Shown here one piece after another: positions 1 to 9,614 of a stretch of DNA of 64,000 nucleotides. The DNA lies in contig OZ037838.1 in the NCBI GenBank assembly GCA_964035575.1, positions 1,178,001 through 1,242,000 on the forward strand. The letters run 5' to 3'. Every line of letters starts with the position of its first letter. Position 1 is the stretch's first letter. Under the pieces are notes generated by a model, which worked only from the letters and a program-made list of their open reading frames with translations, made no database searches and was not told the DNA's origin. The translations under genes and the position numbers were made by a program. This stretch comes from Rhynchopus sp. YZ270_cl-10 (taxonomy: Eukaryota).

Positions 1-642
1 TTTTTTGGTAATGTTTTATTCTCCCCCCTTACCACACACTTCGCAGAAAAAACTCTTTTTTCGATCGCGAGTTTGTTTTGCGTCTTCCGCAGTTTAAGCT
101 TTTCCCCCCGGTATTATTTGTGATACAATTTTCATGGATAGACATGAAAAGGGACAGCACACAGGTGGTTCCGCGTCATGTTTTTCCACAGAACCGACAC
201 GTGTTGCGTGTCTCCCAAACAACAAAAAAGCAAATGAATAAAAGGTGTTGAAAGGAAAAAGGAAGAACAAAACAGTGTGGTTCACAACAGGGACTATAAA
301 TTTTTTTTTGCGGGGTGTGTGCGTTTCACCACAACCTCTCCTTTTGTCTTTCTTGTTTTTGTTGTCTTTACAGTTTTGTGGGGGGTCCGTGTTCAATGTT
401 GTGAGTAGTGTTTATCTAAAGCTGTGTGCCCTGTGTTGTTATTGCTAACCACTTGCGTGTCAAGGTTGGTTGCTCAAAGCTGTAGGGGGGTAAATATAAA
501 TGGAAAAGTGGGAGTGATATTTCAATTTTATCAAGAACTTCCACCCAACCCAAAACAACGACCCCCATCCCTCATCTCCTCTTTCCACGTGTCCACCAAA
601 CAGAACATGCAATTGCATTCCACCAACACAGCTCTTGAAACA

Positions 643-1773
643 ATGATGGATGTGACCTTTGTGCTGGAAGAGTCAGGCGTGACTGCGACAGTGGAGGTGC
701 CGTGCGAGGCGGACGTTGCAGCGGCAAAGGAGGTTGCGTGCACGGCGCTTGCTGTCTCGCCTGCGTCTGTCGAGATGCGCATCGGCACGCAGGTGCTGGA
801 GGGGACGTGCCGTCTGCAGGACACTGCGTTTGATGCAGGGGTGCAGGTTGTGCTTGCCTGCCCTCGCTTTGCCGACATCAAGTGTCCTGCTGAATACAGT
901 GTGGATGGGGGAGTGACGAATTTGTCGCTGTCGCGTTGTGGCACGCTCTGCCTTTATAGTAGAAGTACATGTGTTGGTGGCTTCGATACAGAAACCTTCG
1001 AAACTGCCTTCGTTTTTACTGTTGAGAGTGACTGTTTCATAAGCGGTGCTCCTGCCATCTCACGGTGCAAGACACGTTGCTACCTGGCGTGTGTGGATCG
1101 CCTTCTCGAGCTTGCGCTTCCGGGTGGGGAGGTGCTCCGCAAAGTCGACGGCCCCTCGAAGTTAGTATCCGCCTGTGGCAGTGTTGTTGTCTCCCAAGGT
1201 GACGCCGGTGTCTCTGTGTATGACGAAGACCTGACGTTGCTCCGCTCTCTCTCGCACAAGGTGTGTAGACACACGGCAGTGTCGGACTGTGGTGGGTGGG
1301 TGATGACCTCCTCCGTCAAGGAGAAGAACGCACGTCTGTGGGATGTGAACACAGGTGAAGCTGTGGCATGTGTGCCTATGTCATGGTGTGATGTAGCGCT
1401 TTCAATTTCAAGGTCGGCCTCTGTCTTTGCTGTGGGGGGCTGTGTGGATGAGGCAGAGCGAGTGCAGCTCTACGACTGGTGTGGTGCGGCTCTTCAGAAC
1501 GCCACTATCTCTGGAAGTGTCGTTAGCGTGCAGTTCACCCCGTGTGGGAAGTACCTTGTGGTCTATGTACATAAGTTTACTGACGATGGAGAACTACATC
1601 AAGAGCTGCACCAGTATGATATGGTGACCATGTCTTGTGTGCTTGTGATCCCTGATGTCACCGATCAGTCATTTGTGGTATCACCATGTTCGCGTGTGGT
1701 TGTGTTTCTATCATATGTGTCTTTCGATTGCACCAACGTTGTGACAAGACGTCTGTACCCCCACAACGAGTGA
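643..1773 (+). CDS. Ubl-WD40 propeller family, copy 1
   Basis: Starts at the family-conserved ATGATGGATGTGACC (MMDVTFVLEESG). ~71-aa ubiquitin-like beta-grasp pattern, then WD-like blades (ARLWDVNTGE, VQFTPCGKYL). Confidence 0.85.
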   Translation: MMDVTFVLEESGVTATVEVPCEADVAAAKEVACTALAVSPASVEMRIGTQVLEGTCRLQDTAFDAGVQVVLACPRFADIKCPAEYSVDGGVTNLSLSRCGTLCLYSRSTCVGGFDTETFETAFVFTVESDCFISGAPAISRCKTRCYLACVDRLLELALPGGEVLRKVDGPSKLVSACGSVVVSQGDAGVSVYDEDLTLLRSLSHKVCRHTAVSDCGGWVMTSSVKEKNARLWDVNTGEAVACVPMSWCDVALSISRSASVFAVGGCVDEAERVQLYDWCGAALQNATISGSVVSVQFTPCGKYLVVYVHKFTDDGELHQELHQYDMVTMSCVLVIPDVTDQSFVVSPCSRVVVFLSYVSFDCTNVVTRRLYPHNE

Positions 1774-2193
1774 TGTTCATGCTTTGGCACCATGTGAAAT
1801 GGGTGTGGTGACTTGCCCCCTTGTATTCCGTGGAGGCGGAAGAACTGGTGTCGTCAACAGAAGCCTGCGTCTTGCCACCACACACCTATCCAGTGATGGC
1901 AGATCTGCATCCACGAGCAAGACACCGCAGACCACCTTGTCGCAGCCGAACACCACATCGCCTCCCGCCAGGCCGCCCTCGTCGCCCTCCACACAGAGAT
2001 GTGCGCCATGGTGAGACCTATCCATGTCCTTACTGCTGTTCATTTTTGTCCTGTACCGCAGAACTTCTACCCAACCAAAAACAACGACCCCCATCCCTCG
2101 TCCCCTCTTTCCACGTGTCCACCCTCTCAGCTCCTTCAACTGTCCACCAAACAGAACATTCAATTGCATCACACCAACACAGCTCTTGAAACA
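1774..2193 (+). repeat. Conserved ~420-bp intergenic spacer of the Ubl-WD40 arrays
   Basis: Near-identical copies start at 1774, 9194, 52474, 54074, 57740 and 61403. Partial copies at ~535-642, 13788-13829 and 38580-38920. Confidence 0.9.
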
Positions 2194-3282
2194 ATGATGG
2201 ATGTGACCTTTGTGCTTGAAGAGTCAGGCGTGACTGCGACAGTGGAGGTGCCGTGCGAGGCGGACGTTGCAGCGGCAAAGGAGGTTGCGTGCACGGCGCT
2301 TGCTGTCTCGCCTGCGTCTGTCGAGATGCGCATCGGCACGCAGGTGCTGGAGGGGACGTGCCGTCTGCAGGACACTGCGTTTGGTGAAGGGGTGCAGGTT
2401 GTGCTTGCCTGCCCTCGCTTTGCCGACATCAAGTGTCCTGCTGAGTACACTTCTCAAGGTGCGTATTCGTTCTCGTTGCTGTCGCGTTGTGGTATGTTGT
2501 GCGTCTTTTTACAGTGGAATGGGGAGTACGTCGGCTTTGACACAGAAACCTTCGACACAGTCTTCTCGTTTCGTGTGGACGCTGCGCTGCGATTGCTCCC
2601 TTCCCTCTCGCAGTGCAAGACACGCTGCTACCTCGCGTGTGTGGATCACTTTTGCGAAGTTGCACTTCCGGGTGGGGAGGTGCTCCGCAAATTTGAAGAA
2701 GACTCCAGAGAAGTGTTCGCGTGTGGCGGTGTTGTTGTCTCGAAGGGCACGAACGGTGTATCTGTGTATGACAAACACCTGACGTTGCTCCGCTCTCTCT
2801 CACACGAGGATTGCAACCGTGTGGCAGTATCGGACTGTGGTGGGTGGGTGATGACCTCCTCCAACAAGGAGAACAATGTACGTCTGTGGGATGTGACCAC
2901 AGGTGCAGTTGTGGCATGTGTGCCTGCGGGGACGTACGTGGCGCTTTCACGGTCTGCCTCTGTCTTTGCTGTGGAGTGCTCTGAAAAAGTGCAGCTCTAT
3001 GACTGGAGTGGTGCGGCTCTTGGCAGCTTAGAAAATAAGCAGAGTCTCGTCTCTGCTGTGCAGTTCACTCCGTGTGGGAAGTATGTTGCTGTTTCTTTTG
3101 TGGCTCGTGGAGTACGTGCTAACAAAGCTGCACTCCACCAGTATGATGTGGCCACTATGTCCTGTGTGCGTGTGTTCCGGAATGTTGGCAAATCATTTAC
3201 GATATCGCCGTGTTCGCGTGTGGTTGTGTTTCGGTCATCAGAAAGGGACGCCTTTGTGACTAGGCATCTGTACCCCTACTGA
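2194..3282 (+). CDS. Ubl-WD40 propeller family, copy 2
   Basis: Intact ORF with the conserved Ubl start, ends VTRHLYPY*. Confidence 0.85.
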   Translation: MMDVTFVLEESGVTATVEVPCEADVAAAKEVACTALAVSPASVEMRIGTQVLEGTCRLQDTAFGEGVQVVLACPRFADIKCPAEYTSQGAYSFSLLSRCGMLCVFLQWNGEYVGFDTETFDTVFSFRVDAALRLLPSLSQCKTRCYLACVDHFCEVALPGGEVLRKFEEDSREVFACGGVVVSKGTNGVSVYDKHLTLLRSLSHEDCNRVAVSDCGGWVMTSSNKENNVRLWDVTTGAVVACVPAGTYVALSRSASVFAVECSEKVQLYDWSGAALGSLENKQSLVSAVQFTPCGKYVAVSFVARGVRANKAALHQYDVATMSCVRVFRNVGKSFTISPCSRVVVFRSSERDAFVTRHLYPY

Positions 3283-3518
3283 GTGCTGCGGTGTGTTGCT
3301 ATCGTGCGTTGCATCAGTATTTGCGTTGTACCAGCCAGTGAGAACATACATTTTGACATATTTTGAGGATAACGACCACACCACCCTTTAACTTTTGCTT
3401 TGTTAAAACCCTCTCCTGTTGGTGGAAACTACAGACACAACGAAAATGTCTAAATACCCAAAACAACCCACACCTCATCTCCTTCCTAACAGAGGTGGAA
3501 CAAGAAGAAGACAAAACA

Positions 3519-4643
3519 ATGGATGTGACCTTTGTGCTGGAAGAGTCAGGCGTGACTGCGACAGTGGAGGTGCCGTGCGAGGCGGACGTTGCAGCGGCAA
3601 AGGGGGTTGCGTGCACGGCGCTTGCTGTCTCGCCTGCGTCTGTCGAGATGCGCATCGGCACGCAGGTGCTGGAGGGGACGTGCCGTCTGCAGGACACTGC
3701 GTTTGATGCAGGGGTGCAGGTTGTGCTTGCCTGCCCTCGCTTTGCCGACATCAAGTGTCCTGCTGAGTACAGCGCGGATGGGGGCGTGACGTATATGTCG
3801 CTGTCACGTTGTGGCACGCTCTGCCTCTATAGCGATAGTAAGCATATTCGTGTCTTTGACACAGAAACCTTCGAAACTGCCTTCGTTTTTGATGTGGTCA
3901 GCGACTGGTTTGTTTACGGCACACCTGCCATATCGACATGCAAGACACACTGCTACGTGCCGTGTGGGGAAGACTTTCGCAAGCTTGCGCTTCCGGGTGG
4001 GGAGGTGCTCCGCAAAGTCGACGGCACCTCGATGTCAATGTTCGCGTGTGGCGGTGTTGTTGTCTCGAAGGGCACCGACAGCGTCTCTGTGTATGATGAA
4101 GACCTAACGTTGCTCCGCTCTCTCTCGCATACGGGATGCATGGACATGGCAGTATCGGACTGTGGTGGGTGGGTGCTCACCTCCTCCTGGCAGAAGGGGA
4201 ACGGACGTTTGTGGGATGTGAACACAGGTGAAACTGTTGCATGTGTTCCGACAGATGGGTGGCATGTGGCGCTTTCAAGGTCTGCCTCTGTCTTTGCTGT
4301 GGTGGACAGTGTGGACGAGACACAGAGAGTGCAACTCTACGACCGGAGTGGTGCGGCTCTTCAGAACGCCATCATCTCTGGAGAAGTCCTTCGCGTGCAG
4401 TTCACCCCGTGTGGGAAGTACCTTGTGGTACATGTACAAGAGGATCATGCCGATGTACACGCAACGCTGCACCAGTATGATGTGGCGACCATGTCATGTG
4501 TACTTGCGATCCCGGACGTCACCGGTACGCCATTTGCGATATCACCGTGTTCGCGGGTGGTTGTGTTTCTATTATCCGAAAGCGACAACATTGTCACAAG
4601 ATATCTGCACCCCCACAACGAGCTCGTACAGGACCGTGTCTAG
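3519..4643 (+). CDS. Ubl-WD40 propeller family, copy 3
   Basis: Intact ORF with a short C-terminal extension (PHNELVQDRV*). Confidence 0.85.
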   Translation: MDVTFVLEESGVTATVEVPCEADVAAAKGVACTALAVSPASVEMRIGTQVLEGTCRLQDTAFDAGVQVVLACPRFADIKCPAEYSADGGVTYMSLSRCGTLCLYSDSKHIRVFDTETFETAFVFDVVSDWFVYGTPAISTCKTHCYVPCGEDFRKLALPGGEVLRKVDGTSMSMFACGGVVVSKGTDSVSVYDEDLTLLRSLSHTGCMDMAVSDCGGWVLTSSWQKGNGRLWDVNTGETVACVPTDGWHVALSRSASVFAVVDSVDETQRVQLYDRSGAALQNAIISGEVLRVQFTPCGKYLVVHVQEDHADVHATLHQYDVATMSCVLAIPDVTGTPFAISPCSRVVVFLLSESDNIVTRYLHPHNELVQDRV

Positions 4644-5213
4644 GTGCGTTGCTCTGCTTATTTCTGCAGCTCATGCATGACGCTCTCACTGTGCGACCCT
4701 TCATCTCCGACACAACCATACCCTAGGCAGTGAGACGTCATGTTGTCGGTAGGAACAGCCTCATGCAGTGCCGTGGAGTTGGAGAAGTCGCCGAGCATTG
4801 CGCAGTCACGATGCTGGAAGGCGTCGGTGGGCTGCTCGAAGGACGCCCTGTTCAGGGATGCAGCACTTCCATGGCCTCGTTGCTGGGTGCGTGTGTTTGA
4901 GAGCAGGTGTGGGTTATGCCTAGCGCTCGGAATGTAGCCCATAGAGCGAGCGTTGTGTGTGAGGAGGGGGTTCGCTGACCAGAAGTCCGACCTTGTGTAC
5001 TTCTGCAAGGGTGTGAAGGGATAGGGGTGTACCAATGCGGAACCGTGTCTGTGTTGTGTGTTTGCTTCGTTGAAACTTCTTTTTGCTCACGTGACATTCA
5101 TCTAGGTGGAGGGTTTTACTGTTTTCCCGTATTCCTGTATTCACCACAACGGTGCGGAGGGTAACCAGGGTTCTTTGTGGGGTGCTCTTTCGCACTTCTT
5201 CGCGATTTTTGTG

Positions 5214-5733
5214 TTTTCAACTTACCTTCCTTCTGTAAGGGCAACCGTAGGTGAAGTAAGGTATAGTATTGAAATCGATGTGGGGGGGGAGTAAAGGGTC
5301 AATTTTACAAAACCAGATTTTGAGGAAAATTTTAGCCGAAAATGGGCCCCACGTATAAGGAACCGGGCTCATATTTCTCAAAATTTAAGTGGTCAAAAAA
5401 ATTGTCCAATTTTCGAGATTGACCCCACCACTGCACGGGCGGAGCCCAAAAATGCAAATAAGGACCCTTTTCAACTTACCTTCCTTCACCCCCCCCTGTA
5501 AGGGTAACCGTAGGTGAAGTAAGGTATAGTATTGAAATCGATGTGGGGGGGGAGTAAAGGGTCAATTTTACAAAACCAGGTTTTGAGGAAAATTTTAGCC
5601 GAAAATGGGCCCCACGTATAAGCAACCGGGCTCATATTTCTCAAAATTTAAGTGGTCAAAAAATTGTCCAATTTTCGAGATTGACCCCACCACTGCACGG
5701 GCGGAGCCCAAAAATGCAAATAAGGACCCTTTT
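5214..5733. repeat. Two-copy tandem repeat, ~255-265 bp unit
   Basis: TTTTCAACTTACCTTCCTTC...AAATAAGGACCCTTTT occurs at 5214 and again at 5468, nearly identical. Confidence 0.9.
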
Positions 5734-5834
5734 TAATTTGTTCTCTTGAAATGTGTAATTTCAAGTTTTCGCGAAAAAAATAAGAACTGATCCTACAAGG
5801 GTTGAAGGAAGGTGGTTGAAAATTACAATAACAA

Positions 5835-6279
5835 CAAGAACAAGTAATTGCTAAGAAAAAAACGGGGTGTGCTGTGGAAAACCCCGCGTGATTTCGAAAG
5901 CACCGTAGCATCCAAACGATTTGCTGGAGGTGCTGATGTGCCTGGTGTGATCGACGTGTTGTCGTCTGAGCATTCTGTGTTCCTCCCGCACTGCCCCAAC
6001 GACGACGACACTGCGTGGGACCCTGTGGACAAAAACGAGCTGAAACACGCCGAGCCTGCCGAGACTACGTCCAACAACGCTATCGATCAGATGGTGCTGG
6101 ATGAAGAGGACAGCCCCCTTCTTGAACGTTTCATCAGATGCAGGCGTCCAGTGGGTACGAAGAGCGTTATCATACCTGCAGAAGAGCAGAGTGCTGGGTG
6201 TGTTGTAGGTTACTTCTACAGGGTGGAGTTCCACAGCACACGCCGTTTTTTTTCCGATAGCAATTACTTGTTTTTCTTG
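5835..6279. mobile_element. Non-autonomous TIR element with coding-like interior
   Basis: ~50-bp imperfect inverted repeats: AACAAGTAATTGCTA..AAAAAAACGGGGTGTGCTGTGGAA and TTCCACAGCACACGCCGTTTTTTTT..TAGCAATTACTTGTT. Confidence 0.6.
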
Positions 6280-6409
6280 CGTGCACTCCTAGCCCTATAT
6301 GAATATGTGATAAAAAAGATCGAGTGCATGTCGTGTTTTTCTCCCACACCCTCCACATCAACATCACCGTACAACAAAAAGGAAAACCTTGTGAAAACAA
6401 AACCAACAA

Positions 6410-7341
6410 ATGGATTTGACTATCAAAGGGTTGAACGGAGTACAACATACGGTCGAGCTGGGTGAGGATGATACACCTGCGGTACTGCGTCGGAAGGTGG
6501 CGACTGCAGTAGGGTTGCCTGAAGACAGCTTTGTGATGAGTTTTGGAGGGGAGGCGATGGACGAAGGATACGACATGACGCAGCTGAGTGCCGAGGACAC
6601 GGTTGCGTTGACGACGAAAAAGAAGTTCGAGGCCATTGCAGCACTTCATGCGTTGGGTGAGACTGACATCACGGCTGAGAGGCTGAAGCGTGTGGGAATC
6701 CTGAGGTTGCGTGTTTGCTTCTGCAGGCGGAGGTTGCGACAGTGATTCCTGAGAACTTCCTCTATACCAGGGTACGTCCCCCAGGGGCTCGCCGTAAACG
6801 TCATAGCGTCGAGATCTCGAGTCTTGACCTGAGCGCTGTATCTGTTGTGACTCAAATTGAGGGCGGCTTTCTTATGAACTGCCGTCCATTGACAAGCATC
6901 GACCTCTCTGGGTTGATCCATGTTACACAAATCGGCCACAGCTTCCTTTCTGGGTGCAGTTCTTTGTGTACACTGGACTTATCTCCACTGAGCAGGGTTA
7001 CGCAGGTTGGGTGCGGCTTTGTTCAGTACTGCTGTTCATTGACAAGCATCGACCTCTCTGGGTTGATCCAGGTTACACAAATCGACCACAGCTTCCTTGC
7101 TGAATGTAGTTCTTTGTGTACACTGGACTTATCCCCACTGAGCCGTGTCACCGAACTAGACAACAGCTTCTTTCTTGCTGAATGCACCATGTTGGAGCGC
7201 ATCTACCTCTCAGGCTGCAGCGATGTTGTGTCGAGCGCAGTGAGGGACGAACAGCTGGGGCATTTGGTGGTAGAATCCCGTCCGAAGCGCAGCAGAGACG
7301 AATCACCGGAGCAATTCAAGCGACGCAGGCACGCAGAGTGA
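6410..7341 (+). pseudogene. Ubl + leucine-rich repeat (BspA/LRR_5-like) protein with one frameshift
   Basis: MDLTIKGLNGVQHTVEL... is ubiquitin-like. After a frame change near 6697-6715 come 24-aa repeats (LTSIDLSGLIHVTQIGHSFLSGCSS, LCTLDLSPLSRVTQVGCGFVQYCCS). The frameshift could be a sequencing error. Confidence 0.75.
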
Positions 7342-8080
7342 CGCCGCCAGCGTTTTCGGACATATGCACATGCCACAGTTCAGGTGATATACTACAGTGT
7401 ACAGCGGCAAAACCCCATCCCGAGCTTTCGGTCCGGTACGTTGGCGGGGCATCTCCCTTCATATGTGTATATGTCCGGAAATTATTCAGAAAGTGCCGGA
7501 CATATACACGGGGGAGGGTAGGTAATGTTTTATTCTCCCCCACAAAATATCACGAGCAGAGAAACACTCGTTTTTTCACACAGTTCGTTGTTTGTTTTTC
7601 TCAATACCTTTTTTCAAAAAAAAAAAAAAAATATTACGCCCTTCGCAGCCAAAAACAAGTACTTTAAATAACAAAGAGTTGTGATTGAGCGTATCTGATC
7701 CTAATAGCAACCAAAACAAAAGAAAGTACAAAGAAGAATTTTTCTCCGTCAAACATAAGAAATGAAAAATAGACACGAAAGCAAAGAGATTTTGACAAAA
7801 AAGGGACAATAAAAACGGCGAGAAAAAGTACACTTTTTTGTTTCAACGAGCGAAGCGAGGGTACTGCTACTTGGCGTGGTCAAGGCATTTTCAAAGGATG
7901 CGCTTCCTTGCGTCTGAAAGGTTATCCTGACGAAAGCGTTTTTGCGTAACAAAACCTACCCTGCCCCTGCTCTTCATTTTGTCATGATGAAGCAGCTGGA
8001 ATCCCTGCGGACAAACAGCGCAAAACAATACAACCCACACCTCATGTCCTAATAGGGTGGAACAAGAAGAAGTCAAAACA

Positions 8081-9193
8081 ATGGATGTGACCTTTGTGCT
8101 GGAAGAGTCAGGCGTGACTGCGACAGTGGAGGTGCCGTGCGAGGCGGACGTTGCAGCGGCAAAGGAGGTTGCGTGCACGGCGCTTGCTGTCTCGCCTGCG
8201 TCTGTCGAGATGCGCATCGGCACGCAGGTGCTGGAGGGGACGTGCCGTCTGCAGGACACTGCGTTTGATGCAGGGGTGCAGGTTGTGCTTGCCCGCCGCT
8301 TTGCCGACATCAAGTGTCCTGCTAAGAACAGTGAACTTAAGTCTGTACAATACTTGACACTGTCGCGTTGTGGAACGCTTTGCCTCTACAGTCTGTACTT
8401 CGCTGGGGTTGGCGGTTTCGACACAGAAACCTTTGACACTGTCTTCTGGATTCAATTGGGTGGTATTCTGATGAGCAGTCCGCCTGCCATCTCACGGTGC
8501 AAGACGCGTTGCTACCTGGCGTGTACGGATCACCTTCTCGAGCTTGCGCTTCCGGGTGGGGAGGTGCTCCGCAAAGTCGACGGCCCCTCGAATGCAGTGT
8601 TCACGTGTGGCGGTGTTGTTGTCTCCCGAGGCAAAGACGGCGTCTCTGTGTATGACGAAGACCTGACGTTGCTCCGCTCTCTCTCGCACGTGGGGTGCTG
8701 GCACATGGCAGTATCGGACTGTGGTAGGTGGGTGATCACCTCCTCCGAAGATGACAGCAACACACGTCTGTGGGATGTGAACACAGGTGAAGCTGTGGCA
8801 TGTGTGCCTGCGGAGGGGTGGTGTGTGGCTCTTTCAAGGTCTGCCTCTGTCTCTGCTGTGGTGGGCGATGTTGAGCAACGGAGAGTGCAGCTCTACGACT
8901 GGAGTGGTGCGGCTCTCCAGAGCGCCACTGTCTCTGGAGATGTCTGTGACGTGCAATTCACCCCGTGTGGGAAGTACTTTGTGGTCCGTGTAGAAGAGTT
9001 TGCTCATGGAGTGCGTAATGTAGAGCTGCACCAGTATGATGTGGCGACCATGTCCTGTGTACTTGTGATCCGAGGCGTCACGGGTCACTCATTTGCGATA
9101 TCACCGTGTTCGCGAGTGGTTGTGCTGGTTGTGTTTGCGTCGTCCGGCAGCACCAACGTCGTGACAAAACATCTGTACCCCCACAACGAGTGA
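8081..9193 (+). CDS. Ubl-WD40 propeller family, copy 4
   Basis: Intact ORF from MDVTFVLEESG to HLYPHNE*. Confidence 0.85.
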   Translation: MDVTFVLEESGVTATVEVPCEADVAAAKEVACTALAVSPASVEMRIGTQVLEGTCRLQDTAFDAGVQVVLARRFADIKCPAKNSELKSVQYLTLSRCGTLCLYSLYFAGVGGFDTETFDTVFWIQLGGILMSSPPAISRCKTRCYLACTDHLLELALPGGEVLRKVDGPSNAVFTCGGVVVSRGKDGVSVYDEDLTLLRSLSHVGCWHMAVSDCGRWVITSSEDDSNTRLWDVNTGEAVACVPAEGWCVALSRSASVSAVVGDVEQRRVQLYDWSGAALQSATVSGDVCDVQFTPCGKYFVVRVEEFAHGVRNVELHQYDVATMSCVLVIRGVTGHSFAISPCSRVVVLVVFASSGSTNVVTKHLYPHNE

Positions 9194-9614
9194 TGTTTAT
9201 GCTTTGGCACCATGTGAAATGGGTGTGGTGACTTGCCCCCTTGTATTCCGTGGAGGCGGAAGAACTGGTGTCGTCAACAGAAGCCTGCGTCTTGCCACCA
9301 CACACCTATCCAGTGATGGCAGATCTGCATCCACGAGCAAGACACCGCAGACCACCTTGTCGCAGCCGAACACCACATCGCCTCCCGCCAGGCCGCCCCC
9401 GTCGCCCTCCACACAGAGATGTGCGCCATGGTGAGACCTATTCATGTGCTCACTGCCGTTCATTTTTGTCCTGTACCCCAGAACTTCTACCCCAACCAAA
9501 AACAACGACCCCCATCCCTCGTCCCCTCTTTCCACGTGTCCACCCTCTCAGCTCCTTCAACTGTCCACCAAACAGAACATTCCATTGTATCACACCAACA
9601 CAACTCTTGAAACA

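Noticed and set aside
716..916. Recurrent alternative-frame and antisense ORFs over the Ubl cassette (MQRQRRLRARR..., MSAKRGQAST...)
   Set aside because: They recur only because the underlying DNA is identical. Their lengths and ends vary, and there is no independent support.
4658..5035. Minus-strand 125-aa ORF after copy 3
   Set aside because: No recognisable motif, non-ATG start, and opposite to the strand used by all supported genes.
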